Assembly: GCF_001194135.2 (NCBI RefSeq) | Contig: NC_068988.1 | Coordinates: 40,278,165-40,317,438, forward strand | Direction of reading: 5' to 3' | Length of the DNA: 39,274 nucleotides | Origin: Octopus bimaculoides | Lineage: Eukaryota | Shown: one piece after another, positions 25,604 through 36,914 of the stretch | Position numbering within the stretch: the first letter of the stretch is position 1 | Layout: every line of letters begins with the position of its first letter | The notes under the pieces: generated by a model | The model's database searches: none | Seen by the model: only the letters and a program-made list of their open reading frames with translations | Told to the model about the DNA's origin: nothing | Program-made: the position numbers and the translations under genes

Positions 25604-26562
25604 GTAATTTTGAAAAATTTCCCTAACGTAAGTTTTAAGATATTTATTTATACAAAATAATAGCGGCGTGCCAGAATCTTTGGTTCAACGAATAAAATAC
25701 CTTGCGGTAATTTACTTCTGTCTCGTTGTGTTTTGAGTTCGAATTCTTTCGAGGTTACCTTCGCTTTTCATTCTTTCGGGTTCATTAAAATAGAATAACA
25801 TTAATTATTGGTACCGAGAGAATCAACTAATCCATTGATCTCATTACAGCTGGAAATGTGTATAAATTATAAACAATTATTTTTTCACAAACATTTTTCT
25901 TTGGATCGATCATTCAGTCAATCAATCCAGAATTTAATCAATTAATATTTAACTCTTGCCTCGGTTGAGATAAATAGAAACAATTTCTTTATCTTTTAAG
26001 TAATTGTATGAGACAGATTCTTTTCTGTAATATGAAAATATTTTCGCCTGCTATTAAATCAACTAAATAGTTATATAAAAATATCCTGTTATTTTTAAAG
26101 CTACACCTAAGTAGCAAATAACCTGTCAATCATAGAGATAACTAGGTAGATATGGCATCTTGTCATCAAGTGGAAACAACTATTTCGATTTTCATTTTTG
26201 TTTTGTCAACTGATGTGAAAGTAATGAAGGACGACGATGTGAAAAAAGCTTTCTAAACAGTTGGACGTAGCAGAATTTGAGGCAGAAAGAAGGAGCAAGG
26301 AGAGAATGCAAGAGAGAAAGAGAAAGGGGGAAGGGGATGAGAGAGACAGATGCGTAATCCATTCCAGTGTTGGATATTTTTTTGCCCCAAATATATGAAT
26401 GACAAAGATAGCCTCACTATAATTTGAATCAGAAATTTAAGAGCCGGAACATATACTGTGTAGCATCCTAGATGACATTCTGCCTTAGGTCTTCTATAAA
26501 GAAATAACAGTATTAGATAAATTGGTATAAAAGGCTAGTGTTCTATTTATAATCATTTCCAT

Positions 26563-26766
26563 CTTAGACACAAGGCCTGAAATTTGGGAGAGGGGCTAGT
26601 CTTTTATATTGATACCAGTGCTCAACTGCTACTTAATTTATCGACCACGAAAGGATAAACGGCAAAGTCGAACTCTGTGGTATCTGAACTCAGAAAGTAA
26701 AGGAGGTAGAGATACCGCTAAGAATTGTTTTCCGCCGTAGTAATGATTCTGCCAGCTCACCTCCTT
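26563..26766 (-). mobile_element. SINE, near full length
   Basis: Reverse complement runs GAGCTGGCAGAATC...CTTAGCGGTATCTC...GAGTTCAGAT...TTCGACTTTGCC...GTCGATAAATTAAGTAGCAGTTGAGCACTGG...AAATTTCAGGCCTTGTGTCT; homologous to 37629-37840. Confidence 0.85.
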
Positions 26767-27149
26767 AAACTGTTGTACTCATAATGACACTAACTGTTAG
26801 TGGTAATTCTGAAGTTCTCGACACAATATTCAATCGAAAGTATATTTGACATGCGTAGTAGTTACATGGAAACATTAACTGTGAAGAATTATGGTAGTCA
26901 ATTGTTGTATTGTTATGGTTCTATAGTAAAAAAAAGTATACTGCATTATAGGCCCAACCTTAAAGGTTTGCTTTCTTTGAAACCTTAATATACGTAATGC
27001 TAAAATACATGTGGTACGCGTGTTTGTCACTTTCCAGTGTGTAATAACTACCAATTTCATCTCATAGTTTTAGGGAAAATAACTAATTTTCAAGAACTCA
27101 TCGATATATATATACATGCCTACATATATACATATACATACACATGGGA

Positions 27150-27945
27150 TAATCCCAGGTTAGTAGCCTTAAAGGCGTTATGGTACGTAGAAGTGACCAG
27201 ATCCACCAGTATTCTCCAACGCCGGCGGTCACGTGCTAGCCCATCTGCATCCTCCAAGATGAGGTAGAACTGCTGGAGTTCTCTTCAATCACGTTCAGCC
27301 ATCTGGTGTAGGGCTTGCCACGGGATTCATCCAGTCCGCAGCTGTTGTATCGGAAGAGAGTAATGTATGAACAGATTTGAAAAAATTGGAACAGAGCAAT
27401 AATCATGAGAGGCGCGCCTACGAGCATGGGAATTTTCCTGCGGGAAGCGTGGTCGAACATGTGGATACTGCTTTGAAGTCGATGAAGGTGATGTAGAGTG
27501 GTGACCTTTGCTGAACTCCACAGATTTTTCAATAATGAAACGAAGAGCAAGAATATGGTTACCGGCAGATCGACTTGGTAGATCGACACAGCTGAGAAGG
27601 AGCCTGATGCAGAGTTTTCTATTGATTAGAGTGAAGGGTGATGCTCCTGTTGTTACTGCAGACGAGTTTGCCGCTGTTCCGTTTCGAGAAGGCGAGGATG
27701 ATGCTCCGGTTCCAGTTATTTGTGAGCCATTCTCACACCCATACATGGTTGATTGTGCGAGTGAGCAACTGGGTCATGTTTTCTCCGACCAAATTCAACG
27801 TCTCCGCGGTGATACTGCAGATGCCAGTGGCTTCGCAGTTTTTGAACTTCTTCAAGGCAGCCCGACTTCGTCGGGTTTGATAGAGTCGATTCTAAGTACT
27901 GTTGGTTGTTGCTGTATCTGTGGAGATAGTTAGGATGAGATCGAT
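27150..27945 (-). mobile_element. RTE-clade LINE fragment (RT N-terminus fused by deletion to ORF end and 3' tail)
   Basis: Minus translation: KKFKNCEATGICSITAETL..VGENMTQLLTR, WNRSIIL, CSNNRSITL, HILALRFIIEKSVEF, then SRGKPYTRWL..WRM; typical RTE RT and C-terminus. Confidence 0.8.
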
Positions 27946-28056
27946 TGTGACAGTTCGGTGTGGAAGAAGTCTAAAGTGCTCCTTCCAGCATTCGAGAGGG
28001 GCAATTTCCAATTTCCATGGTGATAATGTCGCATTTATGATACTTATATATTGCAG

Positions 28057-28190
28057 TTCGACCTAGAAAGCTACATAAATGGTATTTTAAGCATAGGCGA
28101 TACGAAAGTGGAGAATGATAGTGCAATTGTAATACTTGGCGAAGAACAATTTCAGAATCTTACACGTCTTCTTTCTGAAACATCACTACA
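28057..28190 (+). CDS. M13 peptidase exon (FDLESYINGILSIGDTKVENDSAIVILGEEQFQNLTRLLSETSL)
   Basis: TATATTGCAG acceptor, GTGAGT donor; matches the M13 'FDW..YL..........E.VIV....YL..L..LL..T' segment; 134 nt phase 0/2. Confidence 0.88.
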
Positions 28191-28369
28191 GTGAGTATAA
28201 ACACTTAATTCATTTGCTATCAAAACTTCCTTGCAATAAAGCAATGGCTGTTTTGTTCTTTATAATTTTCTCTTCCATTAAATGATGGTTAGCTTCATAT
28301 AGTTGCTATTAAAATGCCATAAGATTTCTTAAATCGTTGTTTGTTGTAAAAGCAAAATTGTATTTCTTA

Positions 28370-28575
28370 AAGCGCCGAGCTGGAAGAAATATCAGCACGC
28401 CGGGCCAAATGCTTAGCAGAGTTTTGTCAGTCTTTACAAATTCCGATGAAGTCGAGTCTTTTCAAATTCCGATGAAGTCGAGTTTGCCGTTAATTCTTTA
28501 AGGGTCGACGAAACAAGTAACAGCTGAACACGGAAATCGGTTAAATGGACTTGTTCCTCCCTGCAAAAATTCCCA
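28370..28575 (+). mobile_element. Degraded SINE with an internal 21-bp duplication
   Basis: GAGCTGGAAGAAATATCAGCACGCCGGGCCAAATGCTTAGC head; CAAATTCCGATGAAGTCGAGT repeated at 28437-28457 and 28463-28483. Confidence 0.65.
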
Positions 28576-28702
28576 AACTTCAGGTCTCGTGTCTATAGTA
28601 ACAAAAAACAAAAAATAACTGTAGTAGTTCTTCAGACTGAAGCATTTGTTGAAATACGAGTAACCATGCTAATAAATTCAATTTGGGATTATATTCTTTT
28701 CT

Positions 28703-28861
28703 ACTCTAGGCACAAGGCCCGAAAGTTTTGGGGAAGGTGCCAGTCGATTAGATCGACCCCAGTACGCAACTAGTACTTAATTCATCGACCCTGAAAGGAT
28801 GAAAGGCAAAGTCGACCTCGATGGAATTTGATCCCAGAACGTAAAGACAGATGAAATACCG
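28703..28861 (-). mobile_element. SINE, 3' two-thirds; its 5' part is displaced by the ORF1-only insertions
   Basis: GTCGATTAGATCGACCCCAGTACGCAACTAGTACTTAATTCATCGACCC..AAAGGATGAAAGGCAAAGTCGACCTCG..GAACGTAAAGACAGATGAAATACCG; stops abruptly where intact copies continue CTAAG. Confidence 0.9.
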
Positions 28862-30481
28862 ATTTCTTTATTACCCACCAGGGGCCAACATAGACGGTGC
28901 AAACACAATATCGGGGAACTAAAATTATAAAAAGGAAGCAAAATTAAAAGAAACGAATGTATCATTAAACATATGATATAATGAGGCATAATGCCCACTC
29001 GACCCCCCGAAGTCGAGTGCTTACATTGAAACCCCTTTGCCGCTCAATCATATATATCTAAAATCCAGCAGTTCAATACCATAGTCTCTCTTTAGTTCGG
29101 TATAACAAGTCTGTTTTGGCAATTGCTCTCTATTATCCCCGATCACCTTCCACAATCCAATACCTTTATCATTCTTTTTAACTATTTCCATTTATGCCTT
29201 ATTTAACAATTGGCATATCATAGACTCACCATCTTCACCCCCAGAATTCCCCGGTTTACAATGTCATCCTCCGTGTCCGCATACAGAACGCAAGCAAAAC
29301 AAAGAGTGGAAGGAGAAACCATATATACAACATGTGCGCTTGCATTTCTTTTGTGCTTTGTTGTTGGAGGGGAATGGGAAGGTTTGGTGTCTGCATGGGG
29401 AGGGTGTGGTGAAAACGGAGAGTGTGGGAACTGAGTATGTTGGGGTTCACAAGTACTTACTCTCTTTCTTTTTCTTTTTTTCTTTTCCCGGCTATTTCAC
29501 ATTCCCTATCTTCTAATACTGGAGTTTCGTTTTCTACTTCTACTTCTTGTATCCTCTCCTCTGGTGGCTGTTGCTCTTCTATCATTTTGGGTGGTGGGGG
29601 GCAGTTCGCTCTTATGTGGCCTTTTAGGCCACATTTATAACAGTGAGGTATCCTGCCCGCCACCCACATTTTCAGGCTCAAATCCTCAATCCACAGGTTC
29701 TCGGGTAGCACTTCGAGGACCTCCATCTCAGCTTGGACGGTAATTTTGACGATTTGTCCCTTCCATGTTGCTCCTTCCATCACTTCTGCTTGAACCACCT
29801 TCACCCCCTTTTCTCTTTCAATAAAGATAGCCGCCATCACCCAAGCCGCATCGATTTCAGGGGGAATCCCTTCCACTTGATTTTGGCAATCCTCTTGCCC
29901 ATGTAAGACGGCAAGAGGACTACCTTTTCCGTTTTTAACACTTTGGCAGCGTGGGTTATCGCTCTTTCCGCTGTTTTATAATGGACGACAATCGTCCCGA
30001 ACTTTCTTCCTCTGGCCAGGTAGGTAATATCTGGCCAGACTGTCTTCAGCGCCTTGTCTATCTCTCTCTCCTCCATGTGGTCGATTCTCTTTTTCTCAAC
30101 TGAGTAAACTTTATAAGTTACCATCTTCTTTTGTATTTCCTCCATCCTTGTCTCCAGTAGGGACAACCTCACGTCGTTCCCCACCTTTGCAGTCATTCTA
30201 CTGTCTCTTTCCATATTTTCCCGGTTTATTTTCTTCCTTCTCATCTCGGTTGCCTCTGCAAAACTTTTCTCTTTCAAACATGCGTCCAACATCTTTGCTG
30301 CCTTAACCAGTTCCCCCTCCGTAGAGAACAACTCAGTCTCGCTCAGGTCCGAATATACTCGTCTTCCACCTGCCATCTCTCAGTACTACCGAGAGACGGC
30401 ACAACAACTCAAAAACCGCTGCAAACACAGCACAAACAAATACACAATATAGTCATACAAACAAGCTCGTACCAGTCACAG
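28862..30481 (-). mobile_element. ORF1-only (gag-like RRM + CCHC knuckle) non-LTR retroelement 1, apparently full length (~1.62 kb), Tx1/L1-like
   Basis: 105-nt 5' UTR; ATG at 30376; ORFs 29837-30376 and 29457-29876 joined by a 1-nt frameshift (IAKIK/VEGIPPEID); CYKCGLKGHIRANC knuckle; 3' UTR ending AATAAAGAAAT; flanked by AGAYGAAATACCG at 28849-28861 and 30482-30494. Confidence 0.8.
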
Positions 30482-30494
30482 AGACGAAATACCG

Positions 30495-32060
30495 ATTTCT
30501 TTATTACCCCAAAAAGGTTACACAGAGAGTTTTTCCGGACATCACAAGACATAAAGTCAGTACAAAACTCAACAAACATAAAATCGGGGAACTAAAAATT
30601 ACAAAAAGCGAATGAAGATAGTAGGAGAAAAATTAAAATAAAATGATAATAATGCAAGAATGAAAAAATGAGGCGCAATGTCCACTCGACCCCGAAGTCG
30701 GGTGGTTACATTTATCCAGTTTTTCACTTTTACTTAAATGCAATGCATATATTTTAACAGTTTTGCAACTCCAAAAATTTAAATATTCGCGTTATTTTTC
30801 TCCCATTAACCACTGTTACTTCCGTCTTTATGAACTGTAAATAATCATTTCTAGTGGGTGATGGTCTCCACCAACGAAACCCGTTTCGTTTTTACATTCT
30901 CATCAAATTCTTTTATGTACTCCCAGTAGTTTTCCTCGCGTATCAAAATGCATTTCTCAGCACAGGTTTCCGGCATCTTCACTCTTGTTATTCCCTTCAA
31001 TTTCGCGATCTTTCTGTCAATCTGATCGTTCTTCTCATATTTTATCAAAACCGCCTTATATTTAACATCTTTATCCGTTCTCTCCTCCTTTTCTTGTATA
31101 TTATTAGTTTCTGGCTTACCTATCTCTTTTTTGTTCTCTATTGACCGTTCCTTTGACTTATGTTTCTTCCGCTTTTTAGGGTTAGAAGAACCGTTATTGT
31201 TCTTTTCTTTTGTTTCCTCTGTTTTATACTTCTGTCTCTCTTTAGATTCTTCAGTGTGGTCTACAATGTTTTCTCCCTCTGTTTGTGTTTTCTCTCGTTC
31301 CGGCTGTGTAAACTCATATAGGGGGCATTTGGTCTTCATATAGCCTCGCTCCTCACATATGTAACATTTTTGGCTTTCTTCCCTCAACTACGACATTTAA
31401 TGTTCTCTCGTCCTCCACTCCTATCTGGTAGGGAATTCTTTCTATGTCCACGAATGTGGAAAAAAACCACATTTCGAATCCAAATCCCCACCAGTTGCAC
31501 ACTTCTGTTTCCGCTACTGGTCCCAATTCCAGATCCACCTCGGTTGCAGCCAGGACTGTTGCAACCAACCATTCCGGTTGAATTTCTGGTAGCACTCTCG
31601 GAATTCGTATTCCCACACTTCTTCTTCCTCTATAACTTGGTAGTAGTACTATATTTTGTGTTTTTAAAATGGTGGTCGCATGCTTGGTTGCCTCTTCTCT
31701 GGTGGCAAACCTCACCTCTACCGTACCGAACTTTCTTCCTCTGGCAATGTACGTGGCTTTATTTACAATTTCACCCAGGCACTCCTCGATTTCTTCTTCC
31801 GTTACCATTTCAATTTTACTGGTCTCGACAGCCTGTGTACGATACACTACTGTCCTCAGTATTTTATCTTCCTTGGTCTCTTTGGTGGTGGGGGGACAAT
31901 TTATAAGAGTCTCCCTCTACCTCTATCAAATTCCTGCTTCTGCTCACCTACTCCATATCCAAATCGATCAACTTAGTTTCCGTTTATTTTTGGATGGAAT
32001 ATTATATTTTCTATTCCTTTTATCCAAACCGTCAAATTTTGCCCGATTAAGCTGTGAATA
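30495..32060 (-). mobile_element. ORF1-only retroelement 2, diverged relative of element 1, 5' end decayed or truncated
   Basis: ORFs 31353-31847 and 30851-31387 joined by a 1-nt frameshift (VVEGRKPK/CYICEERGYMKTKC); shares TYxARGRKFGT and VLLPSYxGxR with element 1; same 3' terminus AATAAAGAAAT. Confidence 0.78.
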
Positions 32061-32171
32061 ATATTAACCCCTAAAATGATTGTTTCGACAGCAAGAATGC
32101 CGATGACGTTTAATGTAGATGTCGTGTTATAAAGCATAACGATGAAAATCTTTTTTCTTTTTTTTTTGCAG

Positions 32172-32253
32172 AACCTTGCTTAACATCATGTCTACATCAT
32201 TGTTTATAGAAATGCAAAGCATAATAGAACCTAGTTTGGCACGCACTAAATTA
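32172..32253 (+). CDS. M13 peptidase exon (QTLLNIMSTSLFIEMQSIIEPSLARTKL)
   Basis: Long poly-T tract + GCAG acceptor, GTAAGT donor; phase 2/0 completes the CA|A codon; TLLN corresponds to the M13 TLANY motif. Confidence 0.8.
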
Positions 32254-32342
32254 GTAAGTATTAAATGTATTCACTTTTTCATTTGATGTTTGTAAACGTA
32301 TACATACATAGTGCATGCATGTACACATACATACGTACGGCC

Positions 32343-32388
<46 letters not shown>

Positions 32389-33103
32389 NNNNNNNNNNNN
32401 NNNNNNNNNNNNNNNNNNNNNNNNNNNNNNNNNNNNNNNNNNNNNNNNNNNNNNNNNNNNNNNNNNNNNNNNNNNNNNNNNNNNNNNNNNNNNNNNNNNN
32501 NNNNNNNNNNNNNNNNNNNNNNNNNNNNNNNNNNNNNNNNNNNNNNNNNNNNNNNNNNNNNNNNNNNNNNNNNNNNNNNNNNNNNNNNNNNNNNNNNNNN
32601 NNNNNNNNNNNNNNNNNNNNNNNNNNNNNNNNNNNNNNNNNNNNNNNNNNNNNNNNNNNNNNNNNNNNNNNNNNNNNNNNNNNNNNNNNNNNNNNNNNNN
32701 NNNNNNNNNNNNNNNNNNNNNNNNNNNNNNNNNNNNNNNNNNNNNNNNNNNNNNNNNNNNNNNNNNNNNNNNNNNNNNNNNNNNNNNNNNNNNNNNNNNN
32801 NNNNNNNNNNNNNNNNNNNNNNNNNNNNNNNNNNNNNNNNNNNNNNNNNNNNNNNNNNNNNNNNGTGTGTGTGTGTGTGCAATAGAAGTGCGATGGTGAA
32901 CATTCAACGCTGGAAAGAAAAATCAAACAGCGTTTCTACTCTGCGTGAGTATACGTGTGTATGTGTGTGCATGTGCAAGGAAAGTATGTGAATGTTTGTA
33001 TGTGTGATTATTATGTACCTTATTTTGTACCTTTTTATTTATAAAATACTACAATTAACCGTCATTTTTGACGGCATGGCGCCAGCTAGTAATGATAATA
33101 ATG

Positions 33104-36100
33104 ATTTCTGTTATTTGTCACCAGGGCAAATGATGAGGGGGACAAAACAAAGACAAACATAAAGCGTGGGTGTTTACATATAATGGAATAAGATAAAATG
33201 TATACACGGTACCCATTAGAAGATGGAAAGTACACATAGTATATAACACTAGAAAAAGAGGAAAAAAGTGATCATGATGGTATATACCCTGGTTCAGGAG
33301 GACCTCTAGGGATAATCAAGGAACTCCACCTTCCACGGTCACCCTGAATACCCAGGACGAGAGCCCAAGCCAACTTCTTTCTTCCGACTCACGGGTCTAC
33401 CCTGAGAGTGGTACCATCCCCTCTTTCCATTTTCGCAACTTACATCCACCTTTTCATAAATCCACTCAAGGACGGCACCTCCCTTTCGACCCTCACTTTC
33501 CTTTTCAAGTAAAACCTGAAAAAGTCGATGAAGGCTTTACCAAAGAGGAAAATTTCTGTCCTCATTCCGTTCAGTCTCGTCCACCAAATAACTTCCTTCG
33601 CCACAGCCACCAGACAAAAGAATACTGCCTAGCTAGGCTGATTAAATGAGGGTGATGGGGCAACCATCATTATGGATACGGACGACAGACAGATCTTTAC
33701 TACACGTGACAGTAGCTGTTCGACATAACTGCACAAATCAGAAATGCCCGGGCACTGAACGAGTTTATGCAGAACGGTTTCGTCGCTCTGTGAGCACCTC
33801 GGACAAGCCCGTAGGAAAACACATCCATAATTCTAGAGGTTATCTCGAACCAGTAGTACCCCCCACCCTGCCAGTAGCACTGCCCGGTCAAAGACATCTG
33901 GAAATTATCCATAACAGTCCGCGATCGGAAAGTCCTCCTGAATAGACCAGCCAGTTTGCCTAGGGTCGTCCCCAAGGACGGCGTCGCACTTCCCCTCTAC
34001 TAACCCTCTGTATATCCAACTATCCTATTGCCCGATTTATAGAGGATAGTGAGCGCCTGACGATATTCTAAGTGCCAAGCGTCCAGTGTCGGTCTATCAT
34101 TTACTCAGGACTGCAAACCTGTGAAGGTGATGAGCTGCAGAAAGGCGTGTCTCACAAACAGAACCCATACACATTCACCTCCTAGAAATCGCTGCAGGTG
34201 GTGCAACCTGAGTGGGTGACTGTGCATTAAAATCCATGGCATACCAAAACCTCCAACCAAAGGAAGTTGGGAGCAGATCGACCGCCTGAGCAATAAAATG
34301 CATCCGATCCACAAGAAAATAAACAGGATACGCTCCAATATAATCAACCAATAACTGGAGCAAAGCACAACGGCCACAAGATAAATAATGACAAAGGCGA
34401 TGTAGACATTCGTCACCTCTGCCCAATTTTTTAGGAACAACCTTCTCTCTTTCCATTTCTGGGTAAAAGAGGTCACTCTGTTTGCCACCTCTTCACAATT
34501 CTTATCCACCTGGAGATCGGGACCAAACCAGACCCCGAGCAGTTTAAGTGGTCCAAAACTGGTCTGAAACCTGCCGCTTTAAGGTCAGCTTCCAAGTACC
34601 CTATCGAAAACTTTCGACTGATCTAAATTGATCAAGGCCTCACTGAAACCAGCTTTAGTCCCAGACCTCTCTAAGATGTATCACATAAAATGGAGGTTGT
34701 CGTGGATAGACCTGCTCGGGATTGTGCACTTTTGTGCCACCCCGACCAGATTACCAACAACCACCAAACTTTTCGCTAAATCCTTGGCCAAAATCTTAAA
34801 CTCTGTATTTAACAGGGTTATAGGCCGAAAACTCACTAGCACGTCCCCATTGTCGGCGTCCTTTCTCAGCAGTGTTACTACATCTCGGCTAACAGCACTA
34901 GGAATCTTCCATTCTGCTGCCAGTTACTGTAGACATCTGCCAAGAGGCTGTCAAATAAATTGGCATGAAAACATAGAATTTGTAGGGCAGGCAATCAAAA
35001 CCGGGCGATTTGTGTCTTGTGCAATCTCTCATCGCCTCTTGTATTTCAGACGCTGTAATCGGATCTTCACAGTATCTCACATACGTCACCGAGAGTCGTG
35101 TTAGGCCGTCTAGGTACAAAGTAAAGTTTGCTAACATCGACGAATCACCTTCCCCGAAAAGCCGCCCAAAGTGCTACTAGAAAGCCGCACACATCTACTC
35201 AGAACCGAGTAGCATGCGTCCGTCCTGATCTGTCAAAGACTTGATAGTGGTTTTGTTTCCCCGTGGTGTCTTTACCGTTCAGGCCCATCGGACAGCTGTA
35301 GTTCTTTCGTGTTTTAGCGTATGGGCCTTAGCTCTGACAACGCACCTTTTTTGTTTCGTCTCAAAGAAATGGTCAAGAGTCATTCTCGCCGCTAACACGT
35401 AGGTCGCGATGCCTTTACTAATAGCCTCTTCTAGTTTGCTAACTAGTTCACTCTCTAATCCATTTCTCTCTTTTGCTAAACGCTATCGATTCTACTCTAA
35501 TCGCTCTCTTTTTTAACTATAGTCCCCGCGAACTGCCGGTTAACTAGTTCACAAATACGGTCCTGTAGTTTTTGCGAGCCGGTAGAGACATATTTAACTT
35601 CCAGTAACCGGATCCCTGTCTACGAGTTTAATCTAAATCGACTGAGCATATCACAGATTTGTGATCTGTGTAGCCGGCCAATTAAAATTGTGGACAACCT
35701 ATGTTATCCCTATCCTCTGACCTAACAAATACTCTATCTAAATACGATCTGGACGACCCATTGTGGTTCCTCCATGTCCACACTGGCACATCATGAAAAT
35801 CCAGTCAGTACCTGTTAGAAAGCTGGGAAGTCTTGAGCAGGTTCTCGAGGCTTTTAACCCACTTCTACAATACACTAAACTCACACAGTCCCTCCGTGCG
35901 TCCAAAATACTATGCCAGTCCTCCACTGTTACTAAAGTGCGAGGTGTTTCCAAGAATGTTTCTAGACGCCTCAAGATATCTGGCCTTTCAGCCTCTGCTG
36001 GTTTATAAACCGCCACTAGTCTAAAGGCGCTACCTTCGCTGCCGTTACGTTCAGGACCACCACCCTTCCACGAGGGTCTAGGAAGATAGACCGTACTTAG

Positions 36101-36350
36101 AGACCTAAGGATTTCTGCAGCAACACTGCTACACTGCCACCCACTCCCGATTGGCCACAAGATGAGAATACTTCGTAGTCCTTGAATATAGATGAGCGTG
36201 TTTTCCGGAGCGTTTTTTTCCGGAGATTCTTGTTTCACTGATGACAGCCATGTCCAAAGTGATCTGTGATCATTGAGCAAGTGAGTTTGCTTCCAAGCTG
36301 ATCCCAGGCCACACACATTCACACACCCCATTCTCAGTGCAGCTATGCTT
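33104..36350 (-). mobile_element. Tx1/L1-like LINE ORF2 remnant (APE, partial RT, C-terminal region, 3' UTR)
   Basis: GCVNVCGLGS (APE start), RLVAVY, EDWHSILD, ITASEIQEAM..KSPGFDCLPYKFY, RPITLLNTEFKILAK, SIHDNLH, INLDQSKVFDRV, PLKLLGVWFG, WKERRLFL; many stops and frameshifts. Confidence 0.88.
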
Positions 36351-36374
36351 GTTAGAGAAAGAAAATGAGAGGTT

Positions 36375-36871
36375 ACTCACCTTGGTTTCCCAGAAACCCG
36401 GAAGTTGCGCCTTAAAATGGCATTGGTGTCTCTTGTGAGGGTGTGAAGCAAAGATGCGACTTTGCATCTGTCTGTGTATGTATCTTGGGTGAAATTCTTC
36501 TCATCTGTGTAAAAGATCCCTCCACGATTATTTTTCACTATGATCTTCACCCTCTCCAACCTTCGAACCTTTTGTCCTGGAACCTCATTTTGAAGTTTTC
36601 TGTCATCATCTCTCATAGATGAAACTCCTCTCTGATGTGCAAAGCATCCTATGGATTGAGTTGAATCCCTTCTGATTGAACTCTTCAGCGCCTGATTGAA
36701 ATGAAGATCCCTCTTGTGGTTATGGCCTCCTGATCTAGTTTGCTTCTTCACACTTTGCAATTCTACTACGAAATCTCTACCATTACTACACGTTAATATC
36801 TTTCGAGCCATTTCTGAAATGTTGCAGTGTATGTAAAAACAGTTATTTTTTGCAGGGAGATACATTCACTG
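36375..36871 (-). mobile_element. Tc1/mariner-superfamily transposon, left end and transposase N-terminal half
   Basis: TA|CAGTG terminus at 36871; ORF 36377-36865 with RSGGHNHKR, HTH-like region and FYTDEKNFT (first catalytic Asp motif, cf. FSDEKxF). Confidence 0.75.
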
Positions 36872-36914
36872 TAACTAATGTATATAAATTTACTTAATTT
36901 AAAGATTAAATATT

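Noticed and set aside
27508-27933. 141-aa plus-strand ORF as a host gene
   Set aside because: It is the antisense shadow of the RTE reverse-transcriptase fragment.
28437-28483. 21-bp direct repeat pair as a CRISPR-like or regulatory array
   Set aside because: Only two copies 26 bp apart inside a SINE in eukaryotic DNA; a simple slippage duplication.
29837-29880. Programmed ribosomal frameshift joining the two ORFs of gag-only element 1 (and similarly ~31370 in element 2)
   Set aside because: The breaks lie at different positions in the two relatives and each is fixed by a single-base indel; ordinary decay or sequencing error is more parsimonious.
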